From an uncultured Flavobacteriaceae bacterium (GTDB taxonomy: Bacteria > Bacteroidota > Bacteroidia > Flavobacteriales > Flavobacteriaceae), in NCBI GenBank assembly GCA_964595625.1, contig CAZQQU010000003.1:40327-104326 (forward strand): a stretch of 64,000 bases of DNA, written 5' to 3'. Both the position numbers and the translations under genes were made by a program. The notes beneath the pieces are model-generated. The model was not told the origin of the DNA and searched no databases. It worked only from the letters and a program-made list of their open reading frames with translations. Each line of letters starts with the position of its first letter. Position 1 is the first letter of the stretch. Shown in pieces: positions 25,270 to 33,844 of the stretch.

Positions 25270-26685
25270 ATGGAAAATCAGGAACAGTTTCGGGATTCTA
25301 TCGGAACCATTGATGAGACGGGTAAAAGAAAGTGGATTTTTCCCAAAAAACCTTCGGGGAAATTTTACACCTACCGAAAATATGTGAGTTATTTTTTACT
25401 CTTATTCCTGTTTGCGGCACCTTTTGTAAAAATTAACGGAAACCAGTTTTTGCTTTTTAATGTCATCGAACGTAAATTCAATATTTTCGGATTTCCGTTT
25501 TGGCCGCAGGACTTTTATCTCTTTGTGATTTCCATGGTAATCGGGGTGGTCTTTATCGCCTTGTTTACGGTAGCTTTTGGAAGGATATTTTGTGGATGGA
25601 TTTGTCCGCAAACTATTTTTATGGAAATGGTTTTTCGCCGAATCGAATATGCCATCGAGGGCGACAGAGGAAAACAGATTCGGCTAGACAAAATGCCCTG
25701 GAATACCGAAAAAATTACTAAAAAAGGTCTGAAATGGTTCTTGTTTGCCATTATTTCTTTTTTAATCGCCAATGTATTTTTGGCTTATCTGATTGGTAGC
25801 GATCGGCTTGTGCTCTACATCACCGAAGGCCCCATCAACCACTTAAATACTTTCATCGGGTTGTTGATTTTTACCGCGGTATTCTATTTTGTTTTTGCCT
25901 GGTTTAGAGAACAAGTATGTATCATTGCCTGTCCGTATGGGCGTCTGCAAGGAGTTTTGTTGGATACTAAATCCATAGTGGTAGCTTACGACCACAAACG
26001 AGGCGAAGCTGAAAAAGGGCGAAAAAAATTTCGTAAAAATGAAGACCGAAAAGAATTGGGTTATGGCGATTGTATCGATTGTTTTCAATGTGTCCACGTT
26101 TGTCCTACGGGTATTGATATCCGAAATGGAACCCAACTGGAATGTGTAAACTGTACAGCCTGTATAGACGCTTGTGACAGTATCATGGAATCGGTTAATT
26201 ATCCCAAAGGACTTATCCGGTACGCCAGTGAGGAAAATATTCAAAAGAAAAAAAGATTTGAGTTTACCCTCCGAATGAAAGGCTATACCGCCGTTTTGAT
26301 TATCCTGATAGGAGTACTTATTGGAATGTTATTCTTAAGGAGCGATGTCGAAGCTTTGGTTTTACGACTACCCGGACAATTATACGAATTAAAAGAAAAC
26401 AGCCGAGTAAGTAATGTTTATACCTATAAACTGATTAATAAAACCACGCTGGAGTATCACAATATCGAGTTTAAGTTGTTATCACATAAAGGGGATATTA
26501 ACTTTGTAACTCAAGCCGAAGTGGTGGTTCCGCCTCAGGGATTGGTAGAAGGGACTCTTTTTATTGAGGTTCCTCAAGCCGCTCTCGACGGACATAAAAC
26601 TAAAATGGAAATAGGGGTTTATAGTGACGGAAAATTAATCGAAACAACTCGAACCAACTTTTTAGGACCGAGGAGTTTCAGATAA
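25270..26685 (+). CDS. ccoG: Cytochrome c oxidase accessory protein CcoG (4Fe-4S, membrane)
   Basis: Motifs CGWICPQ, CPYGRLQ, and two ferredoxin-type motifs CIDCFQCVHVCP and CVNCTACIDAC. Confidence 0.85.
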   Translation: MENQEQFRDSIGTIDETGKRKWIFPKKPSGKFYTYRKYVSYFLLLFLFAAPFVKINGNQFLLFNVIERKFNIFGFPFWPQDFYLFVISMVIGVVFIALFTVAFGRIFCGWICPQTIFMEMVFRRIEYAIEGDRGKQIRLDKMPWNTEKITKKGLKWFLFAIISFLIANVFLAYLIGSDRLVLYITEGPINHLNTFIGLLIFTAVFYFVFAWFREQVCIIACPYGRLQGVLLDTKSIVVAYDHKRGEAEKGRKKFRKNEDRKELGYGDCIDCFQCVHVCPTGIDIRNGTQLECVNCTACIDACDSIMESVNYPKGLIRYASEENIQKKKRFEFTLRMKGYTAVLIILIGVLIGMLFLRSDVEALVLRLPGQLYELKENSRVSNVYTYKLINKTTLEYHNIEFKLLSHKGDINFVTQAEVVVPPQGLVEGTLFIEVPQAALDGHKTKMEIGVYSDGKLIETTRTNFLGPRSFR

Positions 26686-26782
26686 GCCCCTCCCTAATCC
26701 TCTCCAAAGGGGAGGGAAAGGGTTGATAAAAATAGATTGTTTAATTATAAAAATCCCCCTTTGGGGGAGAAAGGGGTTTGAA
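26686..26782 (+). repeat. GC-rich hairpin/direct-repeat island between ccoG and fixH (REP-like)
   Basis: CCCTCCC (26688-26694) pairs with GGGAGGG (26710-26716). CCCCCTTTGGGGG lies at 26755-26767. The G-rich unit GGGGAG(G)GAAAGGG(G)TT occurs twice, about 54 nt apart. Confidence 0.4.
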
Positions 26783-27226
26783 ATGAAATTAAACTGGGGA
26801 ACAGGAATCTTAGTGGCAATCATCGGGTTTATTGCCTTTATTATGTATTTTATTATCACTATGACAACCGATAAAAAATACGATTTTGAAATGGTGGTAG
26901 ATGATTATTACAAAAAAGAAATTGGTTTTCAGGAAGAGTTGGATGCACAACAAAACGCTTTAAATCTTTCCGAAAAAATACAAATACAAACCTCAACCGA
27001 AGGTGTTATCTTGATTTTCCCTGAGACGATGACAGAAGTACAAAACGGAACAGTAAATTTTTACCGGGTTTCACAAAAATCACTTGATTTTCAAGAAGAA
27101 ATTCGACTCCAAGACAACCAAATGCACATTCCGGCTTCCCGCCTTCTTCCCGGAAGATGGAACATAACTTTGCAGTGGGAATCGGGGGGTAAAAAATATA
27201 TGGTAAAAGAAAATATCACTTTTTAA
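26783..27226 (+). CDS. FixH family protein
   Basis: An N-terminal TM segment (MKLNWGTGILVAIIGF) plus a periplasmic domain, in the position expected within the cco cluster. The internal ATG at 26783 is preferred. Confidence 0.7.
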   Translation: MKLNWGTGILVAIIGFIAFIMYFIITMTTDKKYDFEMVVDDYYKKEIGFQEELDAQQNALNLSEKIQIQTSTEGVILIFPETMTEVQNGTVNFYRVSQKSLDFQEEIRLQDNQMHIPASRLLPGRWNITLQWESGGKKYMVKENITF

Positions 27227-27228
27227 CC

Positions 27229-27936
27229 GTGTTGTTAGGAGCGTTCATACTCGGTCTTTTGGGCAGTCTGCATTGTATAGGTATGTGCGGGCCTATCGCT
27301 CTTATGTTACCAGTAGACCGAAGCAAACCTCTAAAACGCTTTATTCAAACTTTGAGCTACCACGTCGGGCGGATTACTGCCTATGCCCTCATCGGGTTGG
27401 TTTTGGGTGTCGTGGGAAAAAGCTTTTCCATTTTCGGGTTACAGCAATATCTTTCGATTGCCATGGGTATACTTTTGATTGTGGTTATTATTTTGCCGAA
27501 ACAAAAATTACAACGATTTAAAATCGCTTCTTTCCTACATAAATTCATTGCAAAAATCAAACAACAACTGGGAGCTTCACTTAAGAAAAAAACAGCAGAC
27601 ACCTTTTTAACCTTAGGGGTTTTAAACGGTTTTTTGCCCTGTGGATTAGTGTATATTGCTGTTTTTTCGGCCATTGCCATGGGCTCTTTGTGGGAAAGCA
27701 GTATGTATATGGTTTTTTTCGGATTAGGCACCGTCCCTTTAATGACGGTGGCTGTTTATGCCGCTGGTTTTCTGAAAGAAATAACCCGTAGAAAAATTCA
27801 AAAGTTAATTCCTACCTTCGTAGTTATTCTGGGGGCTTTGTTTATTTTACGAGGTCTTGGGTTAGGAATCCCCTATGTTTCCCCAAAACCCGCAACGGAA
27901 ATGGTATCATCAAAAATGGAGTGCCATTCGCCGTGA
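27229..27936 (+). CDS. DsbD_2 / TauE-SafE-like membrane protein ending the cco cluster
   Basis: GTG start and N-terminal GSLHCIGMCGPI motif, with about 6 TM segments. Confidence 0.6.
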   Translation: MLLGAFILGLLGSLHCIGMCGPIALMLPVDRSKPLKRFIQTLSYHVGRITAYALIGLVLGVVGKSFSIFGLQQYLSIAMGILLIVVIILPKQKLQRFKIASFLHKFIAKIKQQLGASLKKKTADTFLTLGVLNGFLPCGLVYIAVFSAIAMGSLWESSMYMVFFGLGTVPLMTVAVYAAGFLKEITRRKIQKLIPTFVVILGALFILRGLGLGIPYVSPKPATEMVSSKMECHSP

Positions 27937-28012
27937 TTGAATATCAAATTTAATTAATCCATAGTATGGTAGCGGCGTAATATATTACACCGCTACTCAA
28001 AAAACAAAATAT

Positions 28013-29284
28013 ATGCTACAATACATCACCGCCGAAGAGGCCGTATCACATGTAAAATCAGGAAATCGCATTTTTTTTCAAGGGGCCGCAATGACCCCGA
28101 AAATTTTAATTACAGCCTTGTGTAACAATTACCGACAACTGCAGGAGGTCGAAATTGTACAAATGCACACCGAAGGCGAAGCCCTTTACACACAAAGCCC
28201 TTACAATGAGAGTTTTTTTACCAACAGTTGTTTTGTAGGCAGCAATGTCCGTCAGGTTATAAATTCGGAGCGCGGGGCTTATACCCCGATATTTTTAAGT
28301 GAGTTGCATTTACTTTTCAAAAAAAATATACTTCCGCTTGACATTGCTTTTATACAAGTTTCACCACCCGACAAACACGGGTATTGTTCGTTGGGAACTT
28401 CCATAGACGTAACGTTGACCGCCATTCAGTCCGCAAAAAAAGTAATAGCGCAAGTCAACCCGTATGTGCCTCGAACTCACGGCGACGGAATTATTCACAT
28501 TAAAAACATCAATGCCGCGGTGTGGACCGATACCCCCATCCATAGCACTGAAGCTGCCGAACCTACCCAAACCGAAAAAAGAATTGGTTATCACGTGGCA
28601 CAATTAATCGAAGACGGAGCCACCCTGCAAATGGGAATAGGCGGTATCCCAAATGTGGTTCTCAACAATCTGACCAATCACCAACGATTGGGTATTCACA
28701 CCGAAATGTTTTCAGACGGAATTCTACCTTTGGTAGAAAAAGGAATTATTACGGGTGAGGATAAAAAAATTAAACGAGGAAAAATTGTTACCTGCTTTGC
28801 CATCGGCTCACGAAAATTGTATGATTTTTTGGATGACAATCCTATTGTTCATTTTAAAGAAGCTTCCTATACCAACGACACGGCACTAATTCGTCAAAAT
28901 CCGAAAGTTACGGCCATAAACAGTGCCATAGAAATTGATTTAACCGGACAAGTTTGTGCAGATACCATTGGAAGGATGCAATACAGCGGAGTAGGCGGTC
29001 AGATGGATTTTATTCGCGGGGCCTCACTTTCAGAAGGAGGAAAACCCATTATCGCCATGCCTTCAATCACTAATAAAGGAATTTCTAAAATTGTTCCATT
29101 TTTAAAAGAAGGCGCCGGAGTAACAACCACCCGGGCACACGTTCATTATATTGCCACCGAAAATGGGGTAGTAAATTTATATGGAAAAAATCTAAAAGAA
29201 AGAGCCCGATTACTGATTTCGATTGCGGATGCTGCCCATCAGGAAACTCTGGAAAAAGCTGCATTTGAACGATTTAAATTTTAA
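28013..29284 (+). CDS. Acetyl-CoA hydrolase/transferase family protein (CoA-transferase)
   Basis: 423 aa with family-typical motifs LQMGIGGIPN and GVGGQMDF. Confidence 0.8.
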   Translation: MLQYITAEEAVSHVKSGNRIFFQGAAMTPKILITALCNNYRQLQEVEIVQMHTEGEALYTQSPYNESFFTNSCFVGSNVRQVINSERGAYTPIFLSELHLLFKKNILPLDIAFIQVSPPDKHGYCSLGTSIDVTLTAIQSAKKVIAQVNPYVPRTHGDGIIHIKNINAAVWTDTPIHSTEAAEPTQTEKRIGYHVAQLIEDGATLQMGIGGIPNVVLNNLTNHQRLGIHTEMFSDGILPLVEKGIITGEDKKIKRGKIVTCFAIGSRKLYDFLDDNPIVHFKEASYTNDTALIRQNPKVTAINSAIEIDLTGQVCADTIGRMQYSGVGGQMDFIRGASLSEGGKPIIAMPSITNKGISKIVPFLKEGAGVTTTRAHVHYIATENGVVNLYGKNLKERARLLISIADAAHQETLEKAAFERFKF

Positions 29285-29915
29285 CTTTGCTAAAAAAGTA
29301 TATTTACAAACTCTAAAATTGATATCCGAAGAAATTTTATATCGGTTTGGTGCAGAAAAACTGTTTTTCAACAAAGGTGAAACCATCTTTAAAGAAGGAC
29401 AACAGGCGGTTTGTTATTATCAGATTATTTTCGGGGAAGTTAAGATGAATAATTTTAACGAAGACGGGAAAGAGTTTATTCAGGGGATGTTTTTACCAGG
29501 ACAAAGTTTTGGCGAACCACCGCTTTTTGCTGATTTTAAATATCCGGCTGGTGCCGAGGCCCTAACGGATGTTGAAATTTTCCGGCTAGCAAAAGACAAG
29601 TTTTTACTGCTCTTAGAAGCTCATCCCGAGGAACATTTGGCCATTACCAAATCCTTAGCCCGAAGGTTATACTACAAAGCCATCATGGCCACAGAAATTT
29701 CTTCCCAAGAACCCGAACACCGTATTTTGCGGATTTTGGATTATCTGAAAAAATATGTCCACCATTTGAACGAACCTTTTTCTTTTCAAGTAAATATTAC
29801 CCGACAACAAATTGCCGATCTTACGGGATTAAGAGTTGAAACTGTCATCAGAGCGACCAAATCGCTAGAACGTAAAGGAGAATTGAAAATAAAAAACCGG
29901 AAGTTATATCGGTGA
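29223..29915 (+). CDS. Crp/FNR family transcriptional regulator (start uncertain: 29223, 29229 or TTG 29319)
   Basis: cNMP-binding roll (GETIFKEGQ..., FGEPPLF) and a C-terminal HTH with an FNR/FixK-like recognition helix RVETVIRATKSLERKG. The ATG starts overlap the upstream gene by 56-62 nt. Confidence 0.75.
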   Translation: MRMLPIRKLWKKLHLNDLNFNFAKKVYLQTLKLISEEILYRFGAEKLFFNKGETIFKEGQQAVCYYQIIFGEVKMNNFNEDGKEFIQGMFLPGQSFGEPPLFADFKYPAGAEALTDVEIFRLAKDKFLLLLEAHPEEHLAITKSLARRLYYKAIMATEISSQEPEHRILRILDYLKKYVHHLNEPFSFQVNITRQQIADLTGLRVETVIRATKSLERKGELKIKNRKLYR

Positions 29916-29923
29916 TTGGAACT

Positions 29924-30514
29924 TTATTCTTCGTTTTCTGTGAAAGTATCTATGGTAAGTTTAAAGTCAAAATGAATACTAATTTCTTCTCTGACCACGA
30001 TAGCTCCAAGCATTTTTTTGGGTGGAACCAAATTAAAGTCGGTGATGTTGATATCCAGTTTTCCTGAATATTTATCGGTGGTTTCATTTTGTTTTATCGG
30101 AATCGCATAACGAATTTTCTTTCCCGCAATTTGAATTTCCACATAAGCGGTATACCCATAATCATGAGAAACTATTTTTTCGAGTTCTAAGTGAATGAAG
30201 GGATGTTTTTCGCTTTGGAGTAATTCGTGAAAATCTTTGTTGATGAGTCTGCTTCCACAATCAAACCCTTGGTTTGTGAGTTTTAATTTAGCATTTTTAA
30301 AACTGATAATCGGCTCGTTTTTTTGGTAGTAAATTCGAGTTTTTGCAGGCATTGATGCCATATTAAAATGGCATTGGAAAGTATTTACATTAGAAGACCC
30401 CTGAATGAACAGAGAGCTTGAAGTATGGAAGGAAACATCGGCGTATTCAAATTCTTCTTTTAAGCAAAAAGAAGAAAGAACCACAAAAAGTACTATGGCT
30501 AGGTACTTGTCCAT
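29924..30514 (-). CDS. YceI-like domain protein (divergent)
   Basis: It has a signal peptide and a beta-rich sequence. The C-terminal pattern GKLDINITDFNL...P.K resembles the YceI lipid-binding family. Confidence 0.5.
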   Translation of the reverse strand: MDKYLAIVLFVVLSSFCLKEEFEYADVSFHTSSSLFIQGSSNVNTFQCHFNMASMPAKTRIYYQKNEPIISFKNAKLKLTNQGFDCGSRLINKDFHELLQSEKHPFIHLELEKIVSHDYGYTAYVEIQIAGKKIRYAIPIKQNETTDKYSGKLDINITDFNLVPPKKMLGAIVVREEISIHFDFKLTIDTFTENEE

Positions 30515-30540
30515 AACTATAAAGATAAGCAGTTTTCGTA

Positions 30541-30576
30541 AGAAAAAGAAAAGGGAGTACCAGCGACTCCCTTTTC
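30541..30576 (-). terminator. Rho-independent terminator after the porin gene (minus strand)
   Basis: 11-bp stem GAAAAGGGAGT / ACTCCCTTTTC with a 7-nt loop, followed on the minus strand by TTTTTCTT. Confidence 0.55.
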
Positions 30577-30593
30577 CTCCTTGGTAATTGTTA

Positions 30594-31858
30594 TTAGAAG
30601 CTAATTACCGCTTCAACGACTAATCCGTTAAACTTACCTTCGTTAAAGATACTTTCGTCTGGATAACCGTCATAAGTTTGGTTGACGTATTCTAATTTTG
30701 TCAAGATATTTTTAGTCAAAAACCAACCGGCACCTACATTAAATCGAGTGATATCTACTTTATCTTGAGTACCAAACAATTCTCCGCTAGCCAAGTTATA
30801 GCGTCCTCCTACGTACATGTTTTCATTTTTTCCAAAACGGTAAATTAGCTCAGCTGCGTATTGATTCCAAATACGTGCCTCCACATCACCGTGGTTTTTA
30901 CCGTCAGCGCGTTCTACCAATCCAAAGAACTCTAGCCCTTTGTATTTAACAAATGGGTTAAACATCACAGCTGTCAAACGAGCATTATACATGGGGTTTA
31001 CACGTCCAGAGCTATAGTTTGCAGAAGAAGTAGCTTCCGGGTTTTCCATTACAAAGTAATATCTAGATCCGGCGCGGTCTCCGGCGTATAAGTAAGTTCT
31101 AGAAGAATGAGCAGTACTATACACTGATCCGGTAAGACGTACTCTCAAGTCTTCGTTGATTTGCTTATCCCAACCTAATTTACCGATGAAAGAAGGACTG
31201 GTTGTTCCGGGGTTATTTACGGCTTGATTTAATTTTCCGTTACTTAAACCAGCCATAACCATCCAGGCATTTTTTCTAAAATAAACCTCTCCACCTACTT
31301 CAGTGGTAAATCCGTCCATCAAGTAGTTGCCCACAAATGGGTTATACAGTGCCATAGCATTGTCTGATCTTCTGAAGTGAGCATCACCGTAGTTGTTTTC
31401 CATGTGCCCCAACTTAATGGTAACGTATTGCATTACATCTTCCATAAAACCCTCTTTGATAAAGTCAAGTTTATCAATTTGTAAATAACCGCCTTTCACA
31501 TAAGGTTCGGGGTGGTGACGAGAAGACAAGTACGTACGTAAATGAAGATTAACACCGTCATAAAGAGCCACGTCAATATCCAGGTTAGCGGTAGCTAAGT
31601 TAAAGTTGTCACCAATTTCTATAAGTTCTGCGTTACCGCTGTTTTCGTGGTTTATAGACTGGTATTGCAGTGCAAAAGCCCCCCCATGCGTACTTTAATA
31701 CCTTCATAAGTAGAGGCAGTATCTTTGGGAGCTTCAAAAACATTCAGACCGTCTTTATCAGGACTTCTGTAATTATCTAAGTTTCGTTTTTGTGCCTGTG
31801 CTGCAAAAGCCATTGCAAACAAGGCTACCATTAAGAATATGGATTTTAGTGTTTTCAT
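30594..31858 (-). pseudogene. Outer-membrane porin-like beta-barrel gene split by a frameshift at a G7 (plus-strand C7) tract
   Basis: ORF 31652-31858 carries the signal peptide. ORF 30594-31571 is the barrel and ends in ...EAVISF. Adding one G at the tract reads through as ...VRMGGAFALQYQSINHENSGNAELIEIGDNFNLATANLDIDVALYDG..., joining the two ORFs. Confidence 0.7.
31679..31685 (-). repeat. Homopolymer tract (C7 on plus strand, G7 on coding strand) at the porin frameshift point
   Basis: Counted directly: ...aaaagCCCCCCCatgcg... Confidence 0.9.
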
Positions 31859-31879
31859 ATCTTTAAATTTTGGTTGTTT

Positions 31880-32458
31880 TTATTTATAAGTTACTTCAAA
31901 TTCTACGGTTACATCTTTACCGGTTTTGATGGTTCCCATAACGGCTGTGGGGGGGTCCACTTTGTAATTTGTCATATCAATTGTTGATTTACCGGTTAAG
32001 ACAAAACCATTGTTGGGAAGCATTTTAACAACCATAGACAAATTCACTTGTTTGGCTGTTCCTGCGATGCTAAGGGTACCTTGTGTATCCACCCGGTAAC
32101 TATCATGACCGGCAGGAGTAATTTTATTCACTTTAGCCATGGTAAAAGTGATGTTTTTATGACTGTCTGTTTTTAAAGCTTTATAAGTGTTTTTGTCCAT
32201 GCCGCTTTTTCCACTTTTTAAACTTTCTGCTTGTACTACAAAAGTCAACTTAGCTATTCCGGCTAATTTCTCTTCTTTTATTTCAAAATTTGCGTTACCA
32301 CTCATTTTTTCAGCTTTAATATCCCATTCGTGTATATTAGAAGTGCCAAAAACAGTTAATTTACTTTTTGCATTATCTAATTTTACATCCTGAGCCATAT
32401 GATTTGTAACAGTAAACAGAGCCATAATTGTTGCAAATATTAATACTGTGCGTTTCAT
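31880..32458 (-). CDS. YceI family periplasmic protein
   Basis: 192 aa with a signal peptide. Motifs KSKLTVFGTSNIHEW and the C-terminal GKDVTVEFEVTYK are typical of YceI. Confidence 0.7.
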   Translation of the reverse strand: MKRTVLIFATIMALFTVTNHMAQDVKLDNAKSKLTVFGTSNIHEWDIKAEKMSGNANFEIKEEKLAGIAKLTFVVQAESLKSGKSGMDKNTYKALKTDSHKNITFTMAKVNKITPAGHDSYRVDTQGTLSIAGTAKQVNLSMVVKMLPNNGFVLTGKSTIDMTNYKVDPPTAVMGTIKTGKDVTVEFEVTYK

Positions 32459-32522
32459 CTTTTTAGAATTTAATTGTTGTTATTTACACCGCAAAGATGA
32501 GGCAGGCTCACTTTTTAAAAAA

Positions 32523-32534
32523 TGATTTTTATCA
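32523..32534 (-). promoter_or_regulatory. FNR/FixK-type box TGATTTTTATCA in the yceI / kinase divergent region
   Basis: 14-mer ATGATTTTTATCAT with perfect arms. The dyad centre is 36.5 bp from the terminal G of the minus-strand -7-like element CATCTTTG (plus-strand coordinates 32492-32499). Confidence 0.5.
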
Positions 32535-32601
32535 TAGAAATTTATTCTTCAAAAAGTCAAAAAATATTGATTATAGTAGGCATTTTCTTTAACTTTGAAG
32601 G

Positions 32602-33840
32602 ATGAATTCTTTTAAAGAAGAAAACAGGCTACTACACCTTTTATCAGAAGCTATATCTGAAGGAGTGGTAATTGTTGATGATAAACAAACCATCGTTTCT
32701 GCCAATCAACCTCTCGGAGAGATGTTTGGTTACAACCCCGCGGAACTCGAAGGAAAAGATTTAAATATTTTAATTCCCCGAAACATCCACAGTAAACACG
32801 CCGATTATTCCCGAAGTTTTTTTAAGCAAAACGAAAAACGCCAGATGGGACAAGGCCGGGAGTTGTTTGGGGTGCACAAAAACGGAACACCCATTTCGGT
32901 GGAGGTAGGATTGAATCCCTTCAAAATAAAGGATAATATGTACGTGATGGGTATCGTCGTGGATATTACGCTGAGAAAATCTCATGAAGAAAAAATACTG
33001 GAAATCAATCAACAGTTAGAAGAAAAAATCAAACAACGCACCCAAGAACTACACCAAACTGTAGAAGAACTTCAGGAAGAAATTCAACGTCGTTTACAAG
33101 CGGAAAGGAAAATTAAATCGGCGTTGAAACACGAAAAAGAGCTCAACGAACTCAAGACCAAATTTCTCTCTATGGTTTCGCACGAGTTCAAAACCCCACT
33201 CAGCGGTATTCTTACCTCTACTATATTGTTAGGGAAATACCACCTCACTGAGCAACAAGACAAACGAGAGAAACACCTGCGTATTATCACCGAAAAAATT
33301 CATTACCTCAATAATATACTTAATGACTTCTTATCTATCGAGCGACTCGAAACCGGTAAAGTAGTTTATAAATATTCTACCTTCAAACTGAGCAAAGTGG
33401 TTAATGAAGTGGTTTACAACGCAAATATGTTACTCAAATCCGGACAAAAAATTACTTTTCCACCCGAAGTAGACGAATACATTATTACTCAGGATGAAAA
33501 AATATTGGAATTATGTCTCTCAAATTTGGTTCACAATGCCATAAAATACTCGCCTGAAAATACCACTATTTATATAGGGGTTACTGTTGAAAACAACATG
33601 CTTACCATGAGTGTCACCGACCAAGGTATCGGCATTCCTGCAGACTGTCAAAAAAATATTTTCAGTCGCTATTACCGAGCCGAAAATGCTCTCAATACCC
33701 AAGGTACCGGTATAGGATTGAACATTGTTAAAGGACACTTGAAAAATTTAGGAGGAAATATTACTTTTGAAAGTAAAGAAAACCAGGGAAGTACATTTAC
33801 ATTTTCGATACCGGTCAATAATAACTCTCAAACTTTATAA
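32602..33840 (+). CDS. Cytoplasmic PAS sensor histidine kinase, FixL-like haem-PAS
   Basis: No TM segments. The PAS core NILIPRNIHSKHADYSRSFF...GQGRELFGVHKNGTPISVEV...GIVVDIT aligns without gaps to the rhizobial FixL haem pocket recalled from memory. H66 matches the BjFixL proximal His200 and R86 matches Arg220. A coiled coil, H-box SHEFKTPL and HATPase N/G boxes follow. Confidence 0.8.
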   Translation: MNSFKEENRLLHLLSEAISEGVVIVDDKQTIVSANQPLGEMFGYNPAELEGKDLNILIPRNIHSKHADYSRSFFKQNEKRQMGQGRELFGVHKNGTPISVEVGLNPFKIKDNMYVMGIVVDITLRKSHEEKILEINQQLEEKIKQRTQELHQTVEELQEEIQRRLQAERKIKSALKHEKELNELKTKFLSMVSHEFKTPLSGILTSTILLGKYHLTEQQDKREKHLRIITEKIHYLNNILNDFLSIERLETGKVVYKYSTFKLSKVVNEVVYNANMLLKSGQKITFPPEVDEYIITQDEKILELCLSNLVHNAIKYSPENTTIYIGVTVENNMLTMSVTDQGIGIPADCQKNIFSRYYRAENALNTQGTGIGLNIVKGHLKNLGGNITFESKENQGSTFTFSIPVNNNSQTL

Positions 33841-33844
33841 TATT

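Noticed and set aside
26662-26859. 65-aa minus-strand ORF and the long N-terminal extension of the fixH ORF
   Set aside because: Both are created by the GC-rich repeat island. Their composition is unlike neighbouring genes. FixH starts naturally at the ATG at 26783.
27961-27998. Long AT-centred hairpin GTAGCGGCGTAATATATTACACCGCTAC as a terminator after the cco cluster
   Set aside because: The stem is real (one mismatch), but no T-run follows on the plus strand. The function is unclear, so it is not listed as a feature.
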